A DNA stretch of 7,299 bases from a virus (Duplodnaviria; Heunggongvirae; Uroviricota; Caudoviricetes): the IMG/VR virus record IMGVR_UViG_2778261449_000001; one strand, 5' to 3'. The position numbers and the translations under genes were made by a program. Position 1 is the stretch's first letter. Every line of letters begins with the position of its first letter. Below the pieces are notes generated by a model. That model made no database searches and was not told the DNA's origin. It was given only the letters and a program-made list of their open reading frames with translations. Shown here piece after piece: positions 7,042 through 7,299 of the stretch.

Positions 7042-7084
7042 ATGATAACCTTAATAAATACAGCTGTATGTGATCGGTTTCTAA
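7042..7084 (-). promoter_or_regulatory. Putative cyaR promoter: -10 element plus class II CRP-binding site
   Basis: In minus-strand orientation, TATCAT (complement of 7042-7047) lies about 7 nt upstream of the inferred transcription start at 7034. A TGTGA-N6-TCTAA-type CRP half-site pair spans 7069-7084, centred about -42 from the start, as expected for a class II CRP promoter. Confidence 0.45.
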
Positions 7085-7299
7085 GAATTTTCCATCCGGG
7101 AAAAATAATCGAAATTAATCACTTACCGTGGGGATTACGCGCTGAGAGATCCCCTCATAATTTCCCCAAAGCGTAACCATGTGTGAATAAATTTTGAGCT
7201 AGTAGGGTTGCAGCCACGAGTAAGTCTTCCCTTGTTATTGTGTAGCCAGAATGCCGCAAAACTTCCATGCCTAAGCGAACTGTTGAGAGTACGTTTCGA

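Noticed and set aside
7128-7152. Short inverted repeat GGGGAT…ATCCCC in the host flank
   Set aside because: Only a 6-bp stem with an 11-nt loop and no T-run. Too weak to call a terminator or regulatory site.
6975-7299. Possible integrase gene downstream of the att core, as in free P2 where int follows attP
   Set aside because: No extended open frame is apparent on the minus strand, and the first ~60 nt beyond the core are occupied by the apparent sRNA gene and its promoter. More consistent with host flanking DNA at a prophage junction.
1-7299. CRISPR array, tRNA or rRNA genes
   Set aside because: No regularly spaced direct repeats with unique spacers and no cloverleaf-like or rRNA-like segments were seen. 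The only repeated element is the duplicated terminator pair.

Overview
This window is the right arm of a P2-like (Peduovirus-type) prophage running into its host junction. The 5'-&gt;3' order on the + strand is: FI sheath 3' end, FII tail tube, E and E+E' (-1 frameshift) tail chaperone, T tape measure, U, D, the Ogr zinc-finger late activator, an intrinsic terminator, a ~1.27 kb strongly AT-rich cargo island with one gene, a second near-identical terminator, and then the P2 att core, which overlaps the 3' end of what I recognise from memory as the host sRNA gene cyaR (minus strand). The phage genes are GC-rich and tightly packed; the cargo gene is compositionally foreign. It encodes a 283-aa protein with no signal peptide, a trypsin/chymotrypsin-like serine protease core (apparent His-Asp-Ser triad) and a C-terminal SEC-C zinc-binding motif. 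Its position, composition, own promoter region and terminator make it the best candidate here for an undescribed single-gene phage-defence or superinfection-exclusion module. Everything is inferred from reading the sequence and from recalled family features; no database search was run.
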